Positions 50,061-60,818 are shown, counted from the stretch's first letter. The stretch is 64,000 bases of DNA from Patescibacteria group bacterium (GCA_023379025.1 JAMCTH010000003.1:103362-167361), one strand, 5' to 3'. Made by a program: numbers and translations. Notes: a model not told the origin generated them from the letters alone.

Positions 50061-50200
50061 CGAAGCCATCTCCAAACCTATTCTTCGAGCCTCTCGGCGA
50101 GAAGTCTCGAGGTAAACTTCGCGAGAAGTTCTCACGGAGTTTACCCTGAGTCTTCCCGAAGGGTTCGAACAATATCTTTTCGAGATTTGAGACAACTTCT
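50061..50200. mobile_element. 140-bp palindromic MITE/REP-like element, copy 2
   Basis: Near-identical to 35691-35830. Confidence 0.85.
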
Positions 50201-51269
50201 ATACTTCCGGTGGGGAGATATCTTTAGGGGACGGAAGGCTGCCGTACACCCGCTGATACGTCGTCGCGACCACGGTTTCGATAAATTCCTCGTATGTCCA
50301 GCCCAGGGCGTAGACCGACGCGAGTGTCGCATCCTGCCCGTCATAGAAATTGAGGCTGGGGTTCATATTGACGTCGACAATATAGGGGCGATCTTTGAGA
50401 TCTACCCGCACATCCATCCGCGCAATATCCCGGCATCCGAATGCTTTATATGCCTTTATGGACTCGCGCTCGATCATACGGTGGAGTTTCGGGGAAAGCC
50501 TGACCGGCGCATGGACGCGGGCATCCCAGTATTCCCACGAGTGTTTATCCCACTTGGCCTCATAGGTATAGACGGCCCAGTTGTTCTCAAAATCACCGCC
50601 GAAGCTGATCTCGCAGTATGGAAATGCGCTTATTGTCCTGCCGTTTCCGATGAGCGTTACATGGATTTCGCGGCCTTCTATATATTCTTCCGCGATGACT
50701 TCTCCGGGATAACCGGCAAAGACATCCCGCACCTGATCCTCAAGTTCACCTTTATCGATGACTACAGAATCCTGGGAAATACCGATCCCTGCGTGCTGAT
50801 GCGAGGGTTTGACGATCACCGGATAGTCCAATCCGCGTACATGCGAAACGTCCGAACGGCGGTTAAAAATCCGGAAGGGCGGCGTGCTGATCCCGAGTTT
50901 TTTCATCCGCCGCTTGATCCATGCCTTTTTCGTCGCGTAAAGAAAACACTTCATGTCATGCCCGACCTGAGCCCGGCCCAGGGTTTCGAGTTTCTGCCCG
51001 ACTTTGACATAAAGCTCCCATGTCTCATCCTCTACCAGATTGAATACCACGTCGCCGGGAGTCCGGACGGCTTTTTTCCAGTTTTTTTTCGTAACGCGGA
51101 CCTTCCGTACCGCATGACCGGTTTTTCGGAGCGCTTTTTCTATGCCTTTGGCGCACTCCATGGTGTCATCGTCATCTTCATGCGTGCCGACATAAACGAG
51201 AATAACAACGGACACCGGGCGTTCGGGGATACAAGGGATAAGTGATTTGTTTCTTGTGTGTTTCCTCAC
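50199..51269 (-). CDS. ATP-grasp enzyme, D-Ala-D-Ala ligase-like
   Basis: VFNLVE, PVIVKP, EEYIEGREI, YEAKW, ARMDVR, DVNMNP. Confidence 0.88.
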   Translation of the reverse strand: MRKHTRNKSLIPCIPERPVSVVILVYVGTHEDDDDTMECAKGIEKALRKTGHAVRKVRVTKKNWKKAVRTPGDVVFNLVEDETWELYVKVGQKLETLGRAQVGHDMKCFLYATKKAWIKRRMKKLGISTPPFRIFNRRSDVSHVRGLDYPVIVKPSHQHAGIGISQDSVVIDKGELEDQVRDVFAGYPGEVIAEEYIEGREIHVTLIGNGRTISAFPYCEISFGGDFENNWAVYTYEAKWDKHSWEYWDARVHAPVRLSPKLHRMIERESIKAYKAFGCRDIARMDVRVDLKDRPYIVDVNMNPSLNFYDGQDATLASVYALGWTYEEFIETVVATTYQRVYGSLPSPKDISPPEV

Positions 51270-51372
51270 CTGAAATTTCGCGGCTCCGGTAATTGGGCGG
51301 GTCTGTACGCGGGCCTACTCGATAAATGATTCGTTCATTCTCCAGTATAGCAGATCATCTCCGCTTGGAACT

Positions 51373-51687
51373 TCACTGCGTCAACAGGACGAGAACAAGC
51401 AGCATGAACACGGTCATGACGGAAAATATACCGAGTGTATGGAATAGGAGACTTACCGCTTCCTTTTTCTTTCCGTCGATATAAAGAAGTGCGGGCTTAC
51501 CGAAGAGAAGATATCCTGTGATTGCCGCCGAACAGACAAAGAGCATGAGAAGCGCTATCGGTACGAGGATCTGGCGTGTCCGGCCGATCCTGATAAGCGA
51601 GCCGTAGTACATAAAAAGTCCGACCGCCGCGATATAGAGAGCGGTGCCGAGTGCATTTACAAACGCCGATTTCTGAATCTTATTCAT
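51373..51687 (-). CDS. Small 3-TM membrane protein
   Basis: Three hydrophobic helices, LLFGKPALLY..KKKEA. Confidence 0.75.
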   Translation of the reverse strand: MNKIQKSAFVNALGTALYIAAVGLFMYYGSLIRIGRTRQILVPIALLMLFVCSAAITGYLLFGKPALLYIDGKKKEAVSLLFHTLGIFSVMTVFMLLVLVLLTQ

Positions 51688-51754
51688 TCCTCATCCATTG
51701 TATGCAGAAAAAACCGGAATATGCAACTTTTTTCCGGTCCACTCTCCGACAACC

Positions 51755-53131
51755 CTACTTTTCCTCCGCCACGACTTTTATGTTCGTCACTTCGGCAAAC
51801 CCGAACGGACCGTGCGTCCTGCCCATGCCGGATTTTTTGTATCCGCCGAACGGGTTTTCCGGATTCCAGAAACCGATTTCATTTTGTCCGATACTCCCCG
51901 CCTCTATCCGCGAGGCCATGCGGGCAAACCGCTCTTTGTCGTGTGTCAGGATATGTGCGGTCAACCCATATTCCGTATCGTTGGCGAGCCGGACCGCTTC
52001 CTCCTCATCCCTAAACGGGACAACCGGCAGCACCGGCCCGAATGTTTCCTCGCGCCATACTCTCATGTCGCGGGTCACCCCGGTGATGACGGTCGGGAGA
52101 TAATAGGCGCCCCGGAGACCCGCCGGTTTTCCGCCGCCTGTTTCTATCGCTGCGCCTTTTTTCTTCGCGTCCGCAACCTGATCTGCTAACCGGTCTACCT
52201 GCCGCGCCGCAACCAATGGCCCCACGACGGTATCCTCGTTCAGTGCGTCGCCGACTTTGAGGACCGCAACCTCCGAAACCATTTTTTTGAGAAGCGCCGG
52301 ATAGATTGATCTGTGGACAATGAGCCGTTTCATGGCGTCGCAGGCCTGACCGGCGTTTTTAAACCGCCGGTGGACGAGATAGCTGACAAGTTGGTCCGTC
52401 ACATCCATATCCTCAAACACGATAACGGGTGTCGATCCTCCGAGTTCCGTCACGATCGGGATGAATTTTTCCGCGGCAATCCGGGTGAGCTGTCGGCCGA
52501 CTTCGGTACTTCCGGTGAAGGAAATCATGTCGACGTCCTGCCGGGCAAGGAACTCTCCCGCCTTGCTTCCGCCGTAGATGACGGTAAAGACTCCGTCAGG
52601 AATATCCGATGCACGGATGAGATCATCAAGGAGTTTAGAAAAAAGCGGATCTTCGCTCGAATTTTTATAGACGATGGTGTTACCAGCGATCAGCGCCTGA
52701 CCACATTGCCATACGACATTCATAAAAGGGTAATTCCAGGGGAGGATGGCAGCGACGACTCCCCGCGGCTCGCGGTAGACGCGGTGTAATTCGGATGAGG
52801 TTTCGACCGTCACCGCCGGGGACAGGTATCGTTCCGCCATAGCAAGATATGCCTCAAAGTATTCGATCCCTCCGCGGACGTTTCCCCGCGCACTCGTAAT
52901 CGGCCGGCCGGTTTCAAGGGAAATAAGCCGGGCAATCTCCTCGGATCTTTTTTGGGAAATATCGATAAAGGATCGGAGCTTCTTTTTCCTCTCCGAAAGC
53001 GGGGTAGCGGACCAGGAGGAAAAAGTCTTCCTTGCCTTTGTTACGGAAGCAATAATATCTTTCTCCGTTGATACATTCACCGATCCGATCACTTCGAAAT
53101 TTCGTGAAGGATTGGTCGAGGTGAGTTTCAT
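51755..53131 (-). CDS. Aldehyde dehydrogenase family protein
   Basis: PWNYP, FTGS, ELGG, NAGQAC, EETFGP, PFGGYKKSG. Confidence 0.96.
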   Translation of the reverse strand: MKLTSTNPSRNFEVIGSVNVSTEKDIIASVTKARKTFSSWSATPLSERKKKLRSFIDISQKRSEEIARLISLETGRPITSARGNVRGGIEYFEAYLAMAERYLSPAVTVETSSELHRVYREPRGVVAAILPWNYPFMNVVWQCGQALIAGNTIVYKNSSEDPLFSKLLDDLIRASDIPDGVFTVIYGGSKAGEFLARQDVDMISFTGSTEVGRQLTRIAAEKFIPIVTELGGSTPVIVFEDMDVTDQLVSYLVHRRFKNAGQACDAMKRLIVHRSIYPALLKKMVSEVAVLKVGDALNEDTVVGPLVAARQVDRLADQVADAKKKGAAIETGGGKPAGLRGAYYLPTVITGVTRDMRVWREETFGPVLPVVPFRDEEEAVRLANDTEYGLTAHILTHDKERFARMASRIEAGSIGQNEIGFWNPENPFGGYKKSGMGRTHGPFGFAEVTNIKVVAEEK

Positions 53132-53168
53132 GCCCCAAGTATACCAAAGCGTAACCCCCGGGGAAAAT

Positions 53169-55271
53169 CTATCCTATCTCAAGTTTTGTCTTCCGGAGGG
53201 ACAGTGCGTTGGCAACAACGATAACCGACGACAGACTCATGAGCAGTGCGCCGAAAGCCGGCGTGAGCCGCAGCCCCCACGGGAGAAAGAGGCCGGCAGC
53301 CGCGGGAATGGCGAGAATATTATATCCGGCGGCCCAAAAAAGATTCTCAAGCATTTTACGGTAGACTTTGCGGGATAAGATGATCAGCCGCGCCAGATGT
53401 TCCGGATTGCTTTGCGTCAACACGATATCTCCGGCTTCCACCGCTACATCAGTACCCGCCCCGATCGCAACACCCGCGTTTGCCTGAGTCAGGGCCGGGG
53501 CATCATTCACCCCGTCCCCTGCCATAACGACGATATGCCCCTGATCCTGAAGTTCTTTGATATGTTTGTATTTATCCTCCGGTAAAACTTCTGCAAAAAC
53601 GGTATCGATGCCGAGCGCTTTGGCAACCGGTGCGGCGGCGGCTTGCGTATCTCCCGTCAGCATGGCCACTTTCACCCCGAGCCTGTGCAGTTCATCTACG
53701 GCTTGTCCGGATTCTTTTTTCACCTGGTCGCTCATACCGAACATCCCGATGATTTTTCGCGCTGTCGCGACAAAAACCGGGGTCTTGCCTTCCCGGGCAA
53801 ATCTATCGATGATCTCCCGGGCTTGACCGCTCATGAGTTTTTTTGTCTCCATAAGCCGCGCGTTCCCCACAAAATACTTCCTCCCCGCGACCGTACCGCT
53901 CATACCCATCCCGGCCAGATTTCGGATGTTCCCTGCCCCGGCATACCGGATATTTTTTGCTTTCAGATAGGAAACGATCGCCTGCCCGATGACATGGGAT
54001 GACTGGCTCTCAATGCCGCCGGCCGCCGAAAGCATCGCGGCTTCTGATCCGTCCAGAACTTCAACATCCGTTATGCCAAAGGCTCCGCGGGTAAGCGTCC
54101 CGGTTTTATCAAATACGACATAGGTCGCTCCTTTGACCACCTCGATCTTCGCCATATCCTTGATGAATACCCCATTTTGTACTGCCAACTTTGTCGCGAT
54201 GGTGGACACCGTCGGAATGGCAAGACCCAGGGCGTGCGGACAGGCGATAACGAGGACCGTGATGGCGAGTGTCGACGCAAACACGAACGGCTGACCGGCG
54301 ACGACGGACCAAAAAAGGAATGCCATGACGGAAACGGAAAGCGCGGAAAACGTCAGCCACCGGGCAGCACGGTCCGCCAATTTCTGCGCCGAAGGCTTCG
54401 TCTGTTTGGCCGAAGCTATAAGGGCCTGGATCTGGCCGATGGTCGAAGAAGCACCGACACGCACGAGCCTCACTTCTACCGAGCCGTCGATATTGATAGC
54501 GCCGGCGATGACCCCGGTACCCACACCTTTTTCTACCGGTTTTGACTCTCCGGTAATATGGGATTCGTTAAAATTGCCGCTTCCTTTGATAATTTTCCCG
54601 TCAGCCGGAACTTTTTCTCCGGGTTTTACGATTACTACATCTCCCTCCTTAAGGGATGAAATTTCCGATTCCCGGACGCCATGTGCGGTCTTGAGGTGTG
54701 CCTGCTTCGGCAGGAGTTTCGCGACTTCCGCCAGGGCATCACCGGCGGCTGCCCCGGATTTTGCTTCCAAAAAATGACCGAACAGAAGGACCCAGATAAG
54801 CGTCGAGATCTCGAGATAAAATTCCGTATGGAGAGACGGGAGGAATGTGGAAACTGCGGAAAAAAGATATCCTGCTCCGACGCCAAGCGAGACCAATGTC
54901 ATCATGCCGTATTGACGCATCGCGATCTCCATCCTGGCATGTTGAAAAAAAACCAAGCCGAAATAGAAAATCCCGCTAGCAATGACAAATTCAAAATAAT
55001 CCCGATAGGGAAAATCCGGTACACCGAGGTATCGAACTGCAGGAGCAGAAAAAAGAACCAAAGGAACCAGCAAGGCCGTAACCATAAAGAAGCGGCGGAG
55101 AAAGTCGCGCGCAGCTTCAGGCGTCGCCATCATGCTAGTGTGATCGTGATTCATGTGACCGTCTGCTCCGGAAGTTTTCTTCACGAGGTCCATACCACCG
55201 CACTTGGGACATTTCCCCGGTTTGTCAGAGATTATTTCCGGATGCATGGGGCAGGTGTACATTTCTTTCAT
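53169..55271 (-). CDS. P1B-type copper-translocating ATPase (CPH motif, CopB-like)
   Basis: YTCPMHP, TGES, ACPHALG, DKTGT, GDGVND, YN, MSLSS. Confidence 0.95.
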   Translation of the reverse strand: MKEMYTCPMHPEIISDKPGKCPKCGGMDLVKKTSGADGHMNHDHTSMMATPEAARDFLRRFFMVTALLVPLVLFSAPAVRYLGVPDFPYRDYFEFVIASGIFYFGLVFFQHARMEIAMRQYGMMTLVSLGVGAGYLFSAVSTFLPSLHTEFYLEISTLIWVLLFGHFLEAKSGAAAGDALAEVAKLLPKQAHLKTAHGVRESEISSLKEGDVVIVKPGEKVPADGKIIKGSGNFNESHITGESKPVEKGVGTGVIAGAINIDGSVEVRLVRVGASSTIGQIQALIASAKQTKPSAQKLADRAARWLTFSALSVSVMAFLFWSVVAGQPFVFASTLAITVLVIACPHALGLAIPTVSTIATKLAVQNGVFIKDMAKIEVVKGATYVVFDKTGTLTRGAFGITDVEVLDGSEAAMLSAAGGIESQSSHVIGQAIVSYLKAKNIRYAGAGNIRNLAGMGMSGTVAGRKYFVGNARLMETKKLMSGQAREIIDRFAREGKTPVFVATARKIIGMFGMSDQVKKESGQAVDELHRLGVKVAMLTGDTQAAAAPVAKALGIDTVFAEVLPEDKYKHIKELQDQGHIVVMAGDGVNDAPALTQANAGVAIGAGTDVAVEAGDIVLTQSNPEHLARLIILSRKVYRKMLENLFWAAGYNILAIPAAAGLFLPWGLRLTPAFGALLMSLSSVIVVANALSLRKTKLEIG

Positions 55272-55319
55272 AGGGTGGTTACTCCCGTAATTTCAGTATA
55301 CCAATGGTGTCAATGAGCT

Positions 55320-56504
55320 TTATGTCCCGCAGGCTGAACCCGAACCGGAACGCCAGGGCAGCTCACCGACGTTGGCGGCGATCGTTGCCGCGCCTTTGCC
55401 GCTTGAGTACGTCTCGCCCATCACTTCTTTGGCATCGACGTTTTTCCACGCTACTCCCCGACGCGCAAAATAGACCGCAGTCGTCACGTACGTATCCGGA
55501 AACCAAAACGAGTTAAACCCAAGGAGGTACTTGTAGATGTCCGCATCGTCCATATGGTTTGCCACCATGAGTTCGATAAGGGCAAGCGCCGCCATGCCAT
55601 GGTTGCAATCGGGGAAATACGTCGGGTTTCCGCAGCAGGGCCGGTAGACGGTTTTTGCGATGGCCGCAACCTTTTCCTGCTCCGCCTCCGACAAATTCAG
55701 GATATTGTTGCTGTTGAGATATCGGAGTGCATTCCCCCGCCCGAGCGTCCAACCGCCGGTCGAGGCGAAATTACCGGCTTCAGCCTTATACTCCGTTCCC
55801 ATCGGTCCGTCGGTATACACGGGACTTTGTTGTGCCAGTCCCAATGCCCAAAGCATATCGACGACAAACTGCGCGTTTGACCGGTTGATCGTAACGGATT
55901 GATCCGAGTGATCCGACAGAATGGACGTCTCCCCGGATGTAGGCTTAACGGCAGCCTGAAATGCGTCAGGGTCTATGACCCCAAGAGATACAAGGGTCGG
56001 ACCGATATCTCCCCAGGATACGGGAAGGGTCACGCCTTTTGCGGGCAGGACGTCTGCCGTTATGCCGGAAAGATCCAGAAGTTTTCCTCCGGCCTTCTTC
56101 CATGCCGCCATCCCTCCGGCCAGTTCGCGTACATTGGTATATCCAAGCTTTTTCATCGTTTCGAGAGCCTCTCCGCTCATCCTGCCGCTCCGGCAATAGA
56201 GGATGACCGGCGTATGTTTATCTTTCGGCAGACTGGAAGAATAAGCGACCACCTGATCGTAGGGTATAAACGTATCGGTGCCGGGTATTTCGCCTTCATA
56301 CGGTGTATGGACATTGATGAGGACAAAATTTTTGGTCTTCATAAGGGTTTTGAGAGCCGAAGCGGAGACTTCCTCCGGATTCGGACGGAGGAACGAAAGG
56401 ATTGCCCCGGTTCCTCCCATCCTGTCCGCATTCACGCCTGCCGCAAAGCTGCCCAGAATAAGTAGCACGATCAGAATATACCGCAGCACGACGGTTGTTT
56501 TCAT
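55320..56504 (-). CDS. Exported rhodanese domain fused to an uncharacterised Cys/His domain
   Basis: CRSGRMS; RPCCGN..PDCNHG; terminal SACG. Confidence 0.8.
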   Translation of the reverse strand: MKTTVVLRYILIVLLILGSFAAGVNADRMGGTGAILSFLRPNPEEVSASALKTLMKTKNFVLINVHTPYEGEIPGTDTFIPYDQVVAYSSSLPKDKHTPVILYCRSGRMSGEALETMKKLGYTNVRELAGGMAAWKKAGGKLLDLSGITADVLPAKGVTLPVSWGDIGPTLVSLGVIDPDAFQAAVKPTSGETSILSDHSDQSVTINRSNAQFVVDMLWALGLAQQSPVYTDGPMGTEYKAEAGNFASTGGWTLGRGNALRYLNSNNILNLSEAEQEKVAAIAKTVYRPCCGNPTYFPDCNHGMAALALIELMVANHMDDADIYKYLLGFNSFWFPDTYVTTAVYFARRGVAWKNVDAKEVMGETYSSGKGAATIAANVGELPWRSGSGSACGT

Positions 56505-57343
56505 GACATCCCTTTCCTGATGACGGCAATAACCGCAAGAACGATAAGAATGCCAAACACATATTCGCTTCCGGGAATACTTCGGATAATCTCCACGATA
56601 TGCATGACGTTGACCCCCGCCATCTGTTCCGGGGTTTCCGAGGTACCCATCGTGATTCTTCTGGTCAGGGCAAGTACGGAAAACGTAACACCAACCGCGA
56701 TATAGAGAACTCCGGCAATGGCATCGGTGAGCGGGATCGTTTTCCCCGCCAGTGTCAGTTGTTTAGTGCGTATACCGGAGACCTTCGACCAGTTCACCCG
56801 GTCCAGAATAAGCGCGAGGATAACGAGGGGAACAACCATGCCGAACACATACGATGTTCCGGCTAAGCCCGCCCAGAGAAACGTCGGAGAGAGAAAACTC
56901 AATGTCAAAACTCCCGCCAAAACCGGCGTGCAGCAGCTGGACGTAATGCCGGAAAATACCCCCAGGACATAGACTGCCCCGGTACTTCGGTGAGCCGAAA
57001 GATCGATCGTCAGATGAATCATGGGGAGGGTAATTTTCTTCCCTGTGAGCTCCATAACGCCGAGAAGGACCATAAAAAGGCTCCCCACTAGGTATGTTCC
57101 GGTATGAAAACGGGTAAAAAGCTCTCCGACCGCCCGGATACCGAGAGCTGTCGGAACTAATACGGTTGCTATCCCCAGACCGAATACAACGGTCATCGCG
57201 AGAATATGGGCGCGGCTCCGGAAAATATTCGCCAGGTACGAAGGGAGAAGGAACGTAATACAGCAGGGAGCAAACAGAGCAACCATCCCGCCGGCAAACG
57301 CGGTGATAAGCGAAACCCCCTGAATGAAAAAGAGACTGCTCAT
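56501..57343 (-). CDS. CcdA/DsbD-type transmembrane thiol-disulfide protein
   Basis: FAPCC..LLPSY and SCCTPVL. Confidence 0.88.
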   Translation of the reverse strand: MSSLFFIQGVSLITAFAGGMVALFAPCCITFLLPSYLANIFRSRAHILAMTVVFGLGIATVLVPTALGIRAVGELFTRFHTGTYLVGSLFMVLLGVMELTGKKITLPMIHLTIDLSAHRSTGAVYVLGVFSGITSSCCTPVLAGVLTLSFLSPTFLWAGLAGTSYVFGMVVPLVILALILDRVNWSKVSGIRTKQLTLAGKTIPLTDAIAGVLYIAVGVTFSVLALTRRITMGTSETPEQMAGVNVMHIVEIIRSIPGSEYVFGILIVLAVIAVIRKGMS

Positions 57344-57360
57344 ATCATGATATCTGCAGG

Positions 57361-57864
57361 TTAACTTTCGACATTTGCCGCAATCGAAACTTCAAGGTCC
57401 GGATTATTCGGATCATTGGTGGAAAACGTGACCTGCCGCGTAATTGGTCCTGAAACCGGCATGACGCTGGGTCGGTATATGACCGTGAGTACCGCGCTTT
57501 GCCCCGCCGGAATCTCACCGATCCAGTTGGTGAGGCTTGATCCCATCATCCCTTTCATGGTAAATTCCGGCGACACCTCGCCTCCTATTTTTACCGTCGC
57601 AAACGTACAGTCGCAGGATGTTCCGACATTCCAGAGGCGGAGGACGGACTTACCCGTATTGGTAATCTGAAAATCGGCATGGCGCTCATCGCTGACTTTC
57701 ATGGTTCCGAGGTCGGCTGATGTTCTGTCGATCCGCATACTTGCGGTTCCGAGTGTTTCACGCTGAGGTGCCGGTTTCTGATTGCCGAAGTAAAGAATTG
57801 CTCCGCTCATAACGATGAGGTTCGCGGCAATCGCACCGATAACAAGTTTCGTATCCGTATTCAT
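57361..57864 (-). CDS. DUF1573-like Ig-fold exported protein
   Basis: FQITNTG..TSCDCT, STNDP. Confidence 0.82.
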   Translation of the reverse strand: MNTDTKLVIGAIAANLIVMSGAILYFGNQKPAPQRETLGTASMRIDRTSADLGTMKVSDERHADFQITNTGKSVLRLWNVGTSCDCTFATVKIGGEVSPEFTMKGMMGSSLTNWIGEIPAGQSAVLTVIYRPSVMPVSGPITRQVTFSTNDPNNPDLEVSIAANVES

Positions 57865-58007
57865 GGTTCCTCCTTCCGTACGCTTATCCGCTGTACCTTT
57901 TTTATTTAAGCTGACCGGATATTAAGATTTCGTGAATAAGGACCCATGGTTCCCGTTGAATAACCTTAATGATTTCTTCATTTTCCTGCGGTATACTATC
58001 CCCGCCT

Positions 58008-58682
58008 ATGCGTATCCTTCTTATAGAAGACGACCGTCGGCTATCTACAGTTATTGTTAAAGGGCTCGTGGAGGATGGGTTTGCCGTGGATACGGCATAC
58101 GACGGGGAAGAAGGTGAATATCTTGCCGGGTCCGAACCCTATGACCTGATCATCCTCGACCTTATGCTCCCGAAAAAAGACGGTATTTCCGTCACGAGAA
58201 ACCTCCGGGAAAAAGGCGTCCGGACGCCCGTACTTATTCTGACCGCACGGTCCGAGATCGGAGACAAGGTGAAGGGATTGGACGCAGGTGCAGATGATTA
58301 TATGGTCAAACCGTTTTCCTTTCTGGAACTCCGCAGCCGCATCCATGCACTCATGAGAAGAGACGGCACGGACCGTTCTCCCGTACTTCGGCTCGATACG
58401 CTTGAGGTCAACCCCTTAGAACACACGGTCCGTCGGACGGGCCGAACCATATCCCTGACACCCAAGGAGTTTGCGGTACTCGAGTTACTGATGCGCCACA
58501 AAGATGAGGCCGTCACGCGCACCATGATTACGGAGCATGTATGGGACTATAATTTTGACAGCTTCAGTAACGTCGTCGATGTTTTTGTCTCCACTCTCCG
58601 GAAAAAAATTGACCGGGGATCCGTAAAAAAACTCATCCATACCGTGCACGGTGTCGGCTATAAGATAGGAACGTCTGCATGA
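58008..58682 (+). CDS. OmpR-family response regulator (heavy-metal CusR/CopR-like)
   Basis: IEDD, GADDYMVKPF, SNVVDV, TVHGVGY. Confidence 0.95.
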   Translation: MRILLIEDDRRLSTVIVKGLVEDGFAVDTAYDGEEGEYLAGSEPYDLIILDLMLPKKDGISVTRNLREKGVRTPVLILTARSEIGDKVKGLDAGADDYMVKPFSFLELRSRIHALMRRDGTDRSPVLRLDTLEVNPLEHTVRRTGRTISLTPKEFAVLELLMRHKDEAVTRTMITEHVWDYNFDSFSNVVDVFVSTLRKKIDRGSVKKLIHTVHGVGYKIGTSA

Positions 58683-60109
58683 AAAACCTTGTACCCTCCG
58701 TCCGCACCAAGACCATCCGTTTCCGGCTGCTTTTCTGGTACACGCTGACGTTTACCGTTTCGTCGCTTATCATATTTACGGGATTTTATCTCGTCACCCG
58801 GAATGTCCTCTACGCACGGACGGACGACTTACTCCGTTCACATGCCGGGACTATCACGGGCATCGTGACGGCAGAGCGCATGGATATGCATCAGATGCTG
58901 TCGCGGCAGATACTTTCCGCCCAATTTTCCGAGACGCCGGGCATGCTCATCACCATCATGAACGGAAGCGGCCAGGTAGTAAACGCTTCCCAAGAAACGC
59001 GGTATGCCGATACGCTTTTTGCAGGTCTCTATGCGCGGGCAAAGGATCTGGGCCAAACTTTCTATACAAACGGCATCATCGGTTCTTCCCGGTTTCGTTT
59101 CATCGTAACTCCGGTCAAAAACACCACGGAACTTGAAGGAGTGGTCATCGTGGGACATCCGATAGATGTGATAGAAAACGCGCTCCGGAGCCTTTTCGTC
59201 ATCCTGTCCATACTGTTTCTCCTCCTCATTATCCCGACTACGGCTGTCGGATACCTGATCGCGGGAAATGCCATGCGGCCTATCGCGGATATATCGGAAA
59301 AAATCAGAAATATCGGATCGGATAATCTGACCGAACGCGTACCTGATCCGGACACCGATGACGAAGTGGAAGAACTTGCCGGCTCGTTTAACAGTCTCCT
59401 CGACCGGCTCGGCGATGCATTTGACCGGGAACGGCAGTTTATTTCCGATGTCGCCCATGAACTCAAGACTCCGCTTGCCACGATGCGGAGCCAGATCGAA
59501 GTAACGCTTACCAAACCGCGCACAGTACCGGAATACCGCAGTGCGCTTCATGAAACGCTTATTGACACAAACCGTATGGCGGCAACGCTGAAAAACATCC
59601 TGGATCTGGCACGGTCTTCTGCGGACGAGGAGACGGGAGGAAGATTGTTCGATTTCTCCGGGCTTGTAGCGGAAACCAGGGAGACCGCAGAAAAACTTGC
59701 GCTGTCCAAACATGTCGGGATAGACGTTTCTCAGGAACCGGGACTCTGCGTCTTCGGCAAACGGGAAATGCTAGTCCGGGCAATACTGAACCTGGTCGAT
59801 AACGCGGTAAAATTTACCCCGGAAGGAGGGAACGTTTTCCTCACGCTTCGCCGTCAGAAGAATTACGCCGTTTTTTCCATCCGCGATACCGGGGTCGGTA
59901 TCAAACGGGCGGATCTTCCGCATATTTTTAAACGCTTCTATCGCGGAGGGAAAACATCGAAAACGTTCGGTTCCGGACTGGGACTTGCGATAGCCCGGGC
60001 CGCGGTCACTACTCACCACGGCACCATATCCGTTACGAGCCGGCCCGGAAAAGGATCGGTATTTACCGTACGGCTCCCGCTTTCTGCTCCGTCTTCGAAG
60101 TCTTCATAA
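58679..60109 (+). CDS. HAMP-domain sensor histidine kinase
   Basis: AHELKTP, NLVDNAVK, GSGLGL. Confidence 0.95.
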   Translation: MKNLVPSVRTKTIRFRLLFWYTLTFTVSSLIIFTGFYLVTRNVLYARTDDLLRSHAGTITGIVTAERMDMHQMLSRQILSAQFSETPGMLITIMNGSGQVVNASQETRYADTLFAGLYARAKDLGQTFYTNGIIGSSRFRFIVTPVKNTTELEGVVIVGHPIDVIENALRSLFVILSILFLLLIIPTTAVGYLIAGNAMRPIADISEKIRNIGSDNLTERVPDPDTDDEVEELAGSFNSLLDRLGDAFDRERQFISDVAHELKTPLATMRSQIEVTLTKPRTVPEYRSALHETLIDTNRMAATLKNILDLARSSADEETGGRLFDFSGLVAETRETAEKLALSKHVGIDVSQEPGLCVFGKREMLVRAILNLVDNAVKFTPEGGNVFLTLRRQKNYAVFSIRDTGVGIKRADLPHIFKRFYRGGKTSKTFGSGLGLAIARAAVTTHHGTISVTSRPGKGSVFTVRLPLSAPSSKSS

Positions 60110-60139
60110 ATCTTTAATGTTTCCCATGGTAGACTGGAG

Positions 60140-60790
60140 ATGAAGACAAGGAAGTATCTATCCATGAATATCCGCCATTCATTCCCGACAGTTTTGATCC
60201 TTACCGGATTACTTTTCTCGGCAGCCGCGCTGATCCGTCCCGCCCACATCTATGCCCAGGGCATGATGGGAAGTTACTATGACAACGACACGTCTGCTTC
60301 CCGGTCCTCAACCGCCGACCCCGACGGGCAGGAAGGACAAAAACTATACGAAGAGCTCCAAAACAAACAGATCCAATGCCAGAATCTGACGGACGATGAC
60401 TTCGACAAACTCGGAGACTACTTCATGGGGAGGATGATGGGCTCAGCACACGACGCAATGGATCAGGTGATGACTGACAGGCTTGGCGCCGACGGAGAAC
60501 GGGCCATGCACATCGCCATGGGAAAACGCGGCTCAGGCTGTGATACCGCGGCAGACTATCCCGCAAACGGATCGAAGTTTCTCCCGATGCTGGGCGCGCT
60601 CGGAGGGACGAATGGTTCAACCGGACCGGCCGGCATGATGAACGGGTGGTTTGGACCCGGAAACAATGCTTCCTCCGGAAATGGGAATATTTTGAATCAG
60701 ATCATTACAGCGTTGGTTATAGTATTTCTGATTCTTGGTATCGTGTATTTCTGGAAAAGCATACAGAACGGTCATACGAGACGCTCATAA
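60140..60790 (+). CDS. Met/His-rich exported membrane-anchored hypothetical protein
   Basis: GMMG repeats, MMGSAHDAMD, MHIAMG, C-terminal TM. Confidence 0.75.
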   Translation: MKTRKYLSMNIRHSFPTVLILTGLLFSAAALIRPAHIYAQGMMGSYYDNDTSASRSSTADPDGQEGQKLYEELQNKQIQCQNLTDDDFDKLGDYFMGRMMGSAHDAMDQVMTDRLGADGERAMHIAMGKRGSGCDTAADYPANGSKFLPMLGALGGTNGSTGPAGMMNGWFGPGNNASSGNGNILNQIITALVIVFLILGIVYFWKSIQNGHTRRS

Positions 60791-60818
60791 CAAGTGCCGC
60801 GCGGAGTATAATAGGGAC

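Noticed and set aside
50187-51245. 352-aa plus-strand ORF (likewise 38999-39976, 45140-46150, 28106-29029, 58838-59713)
   Set aside because: Antisense shadows of well-supported genes.
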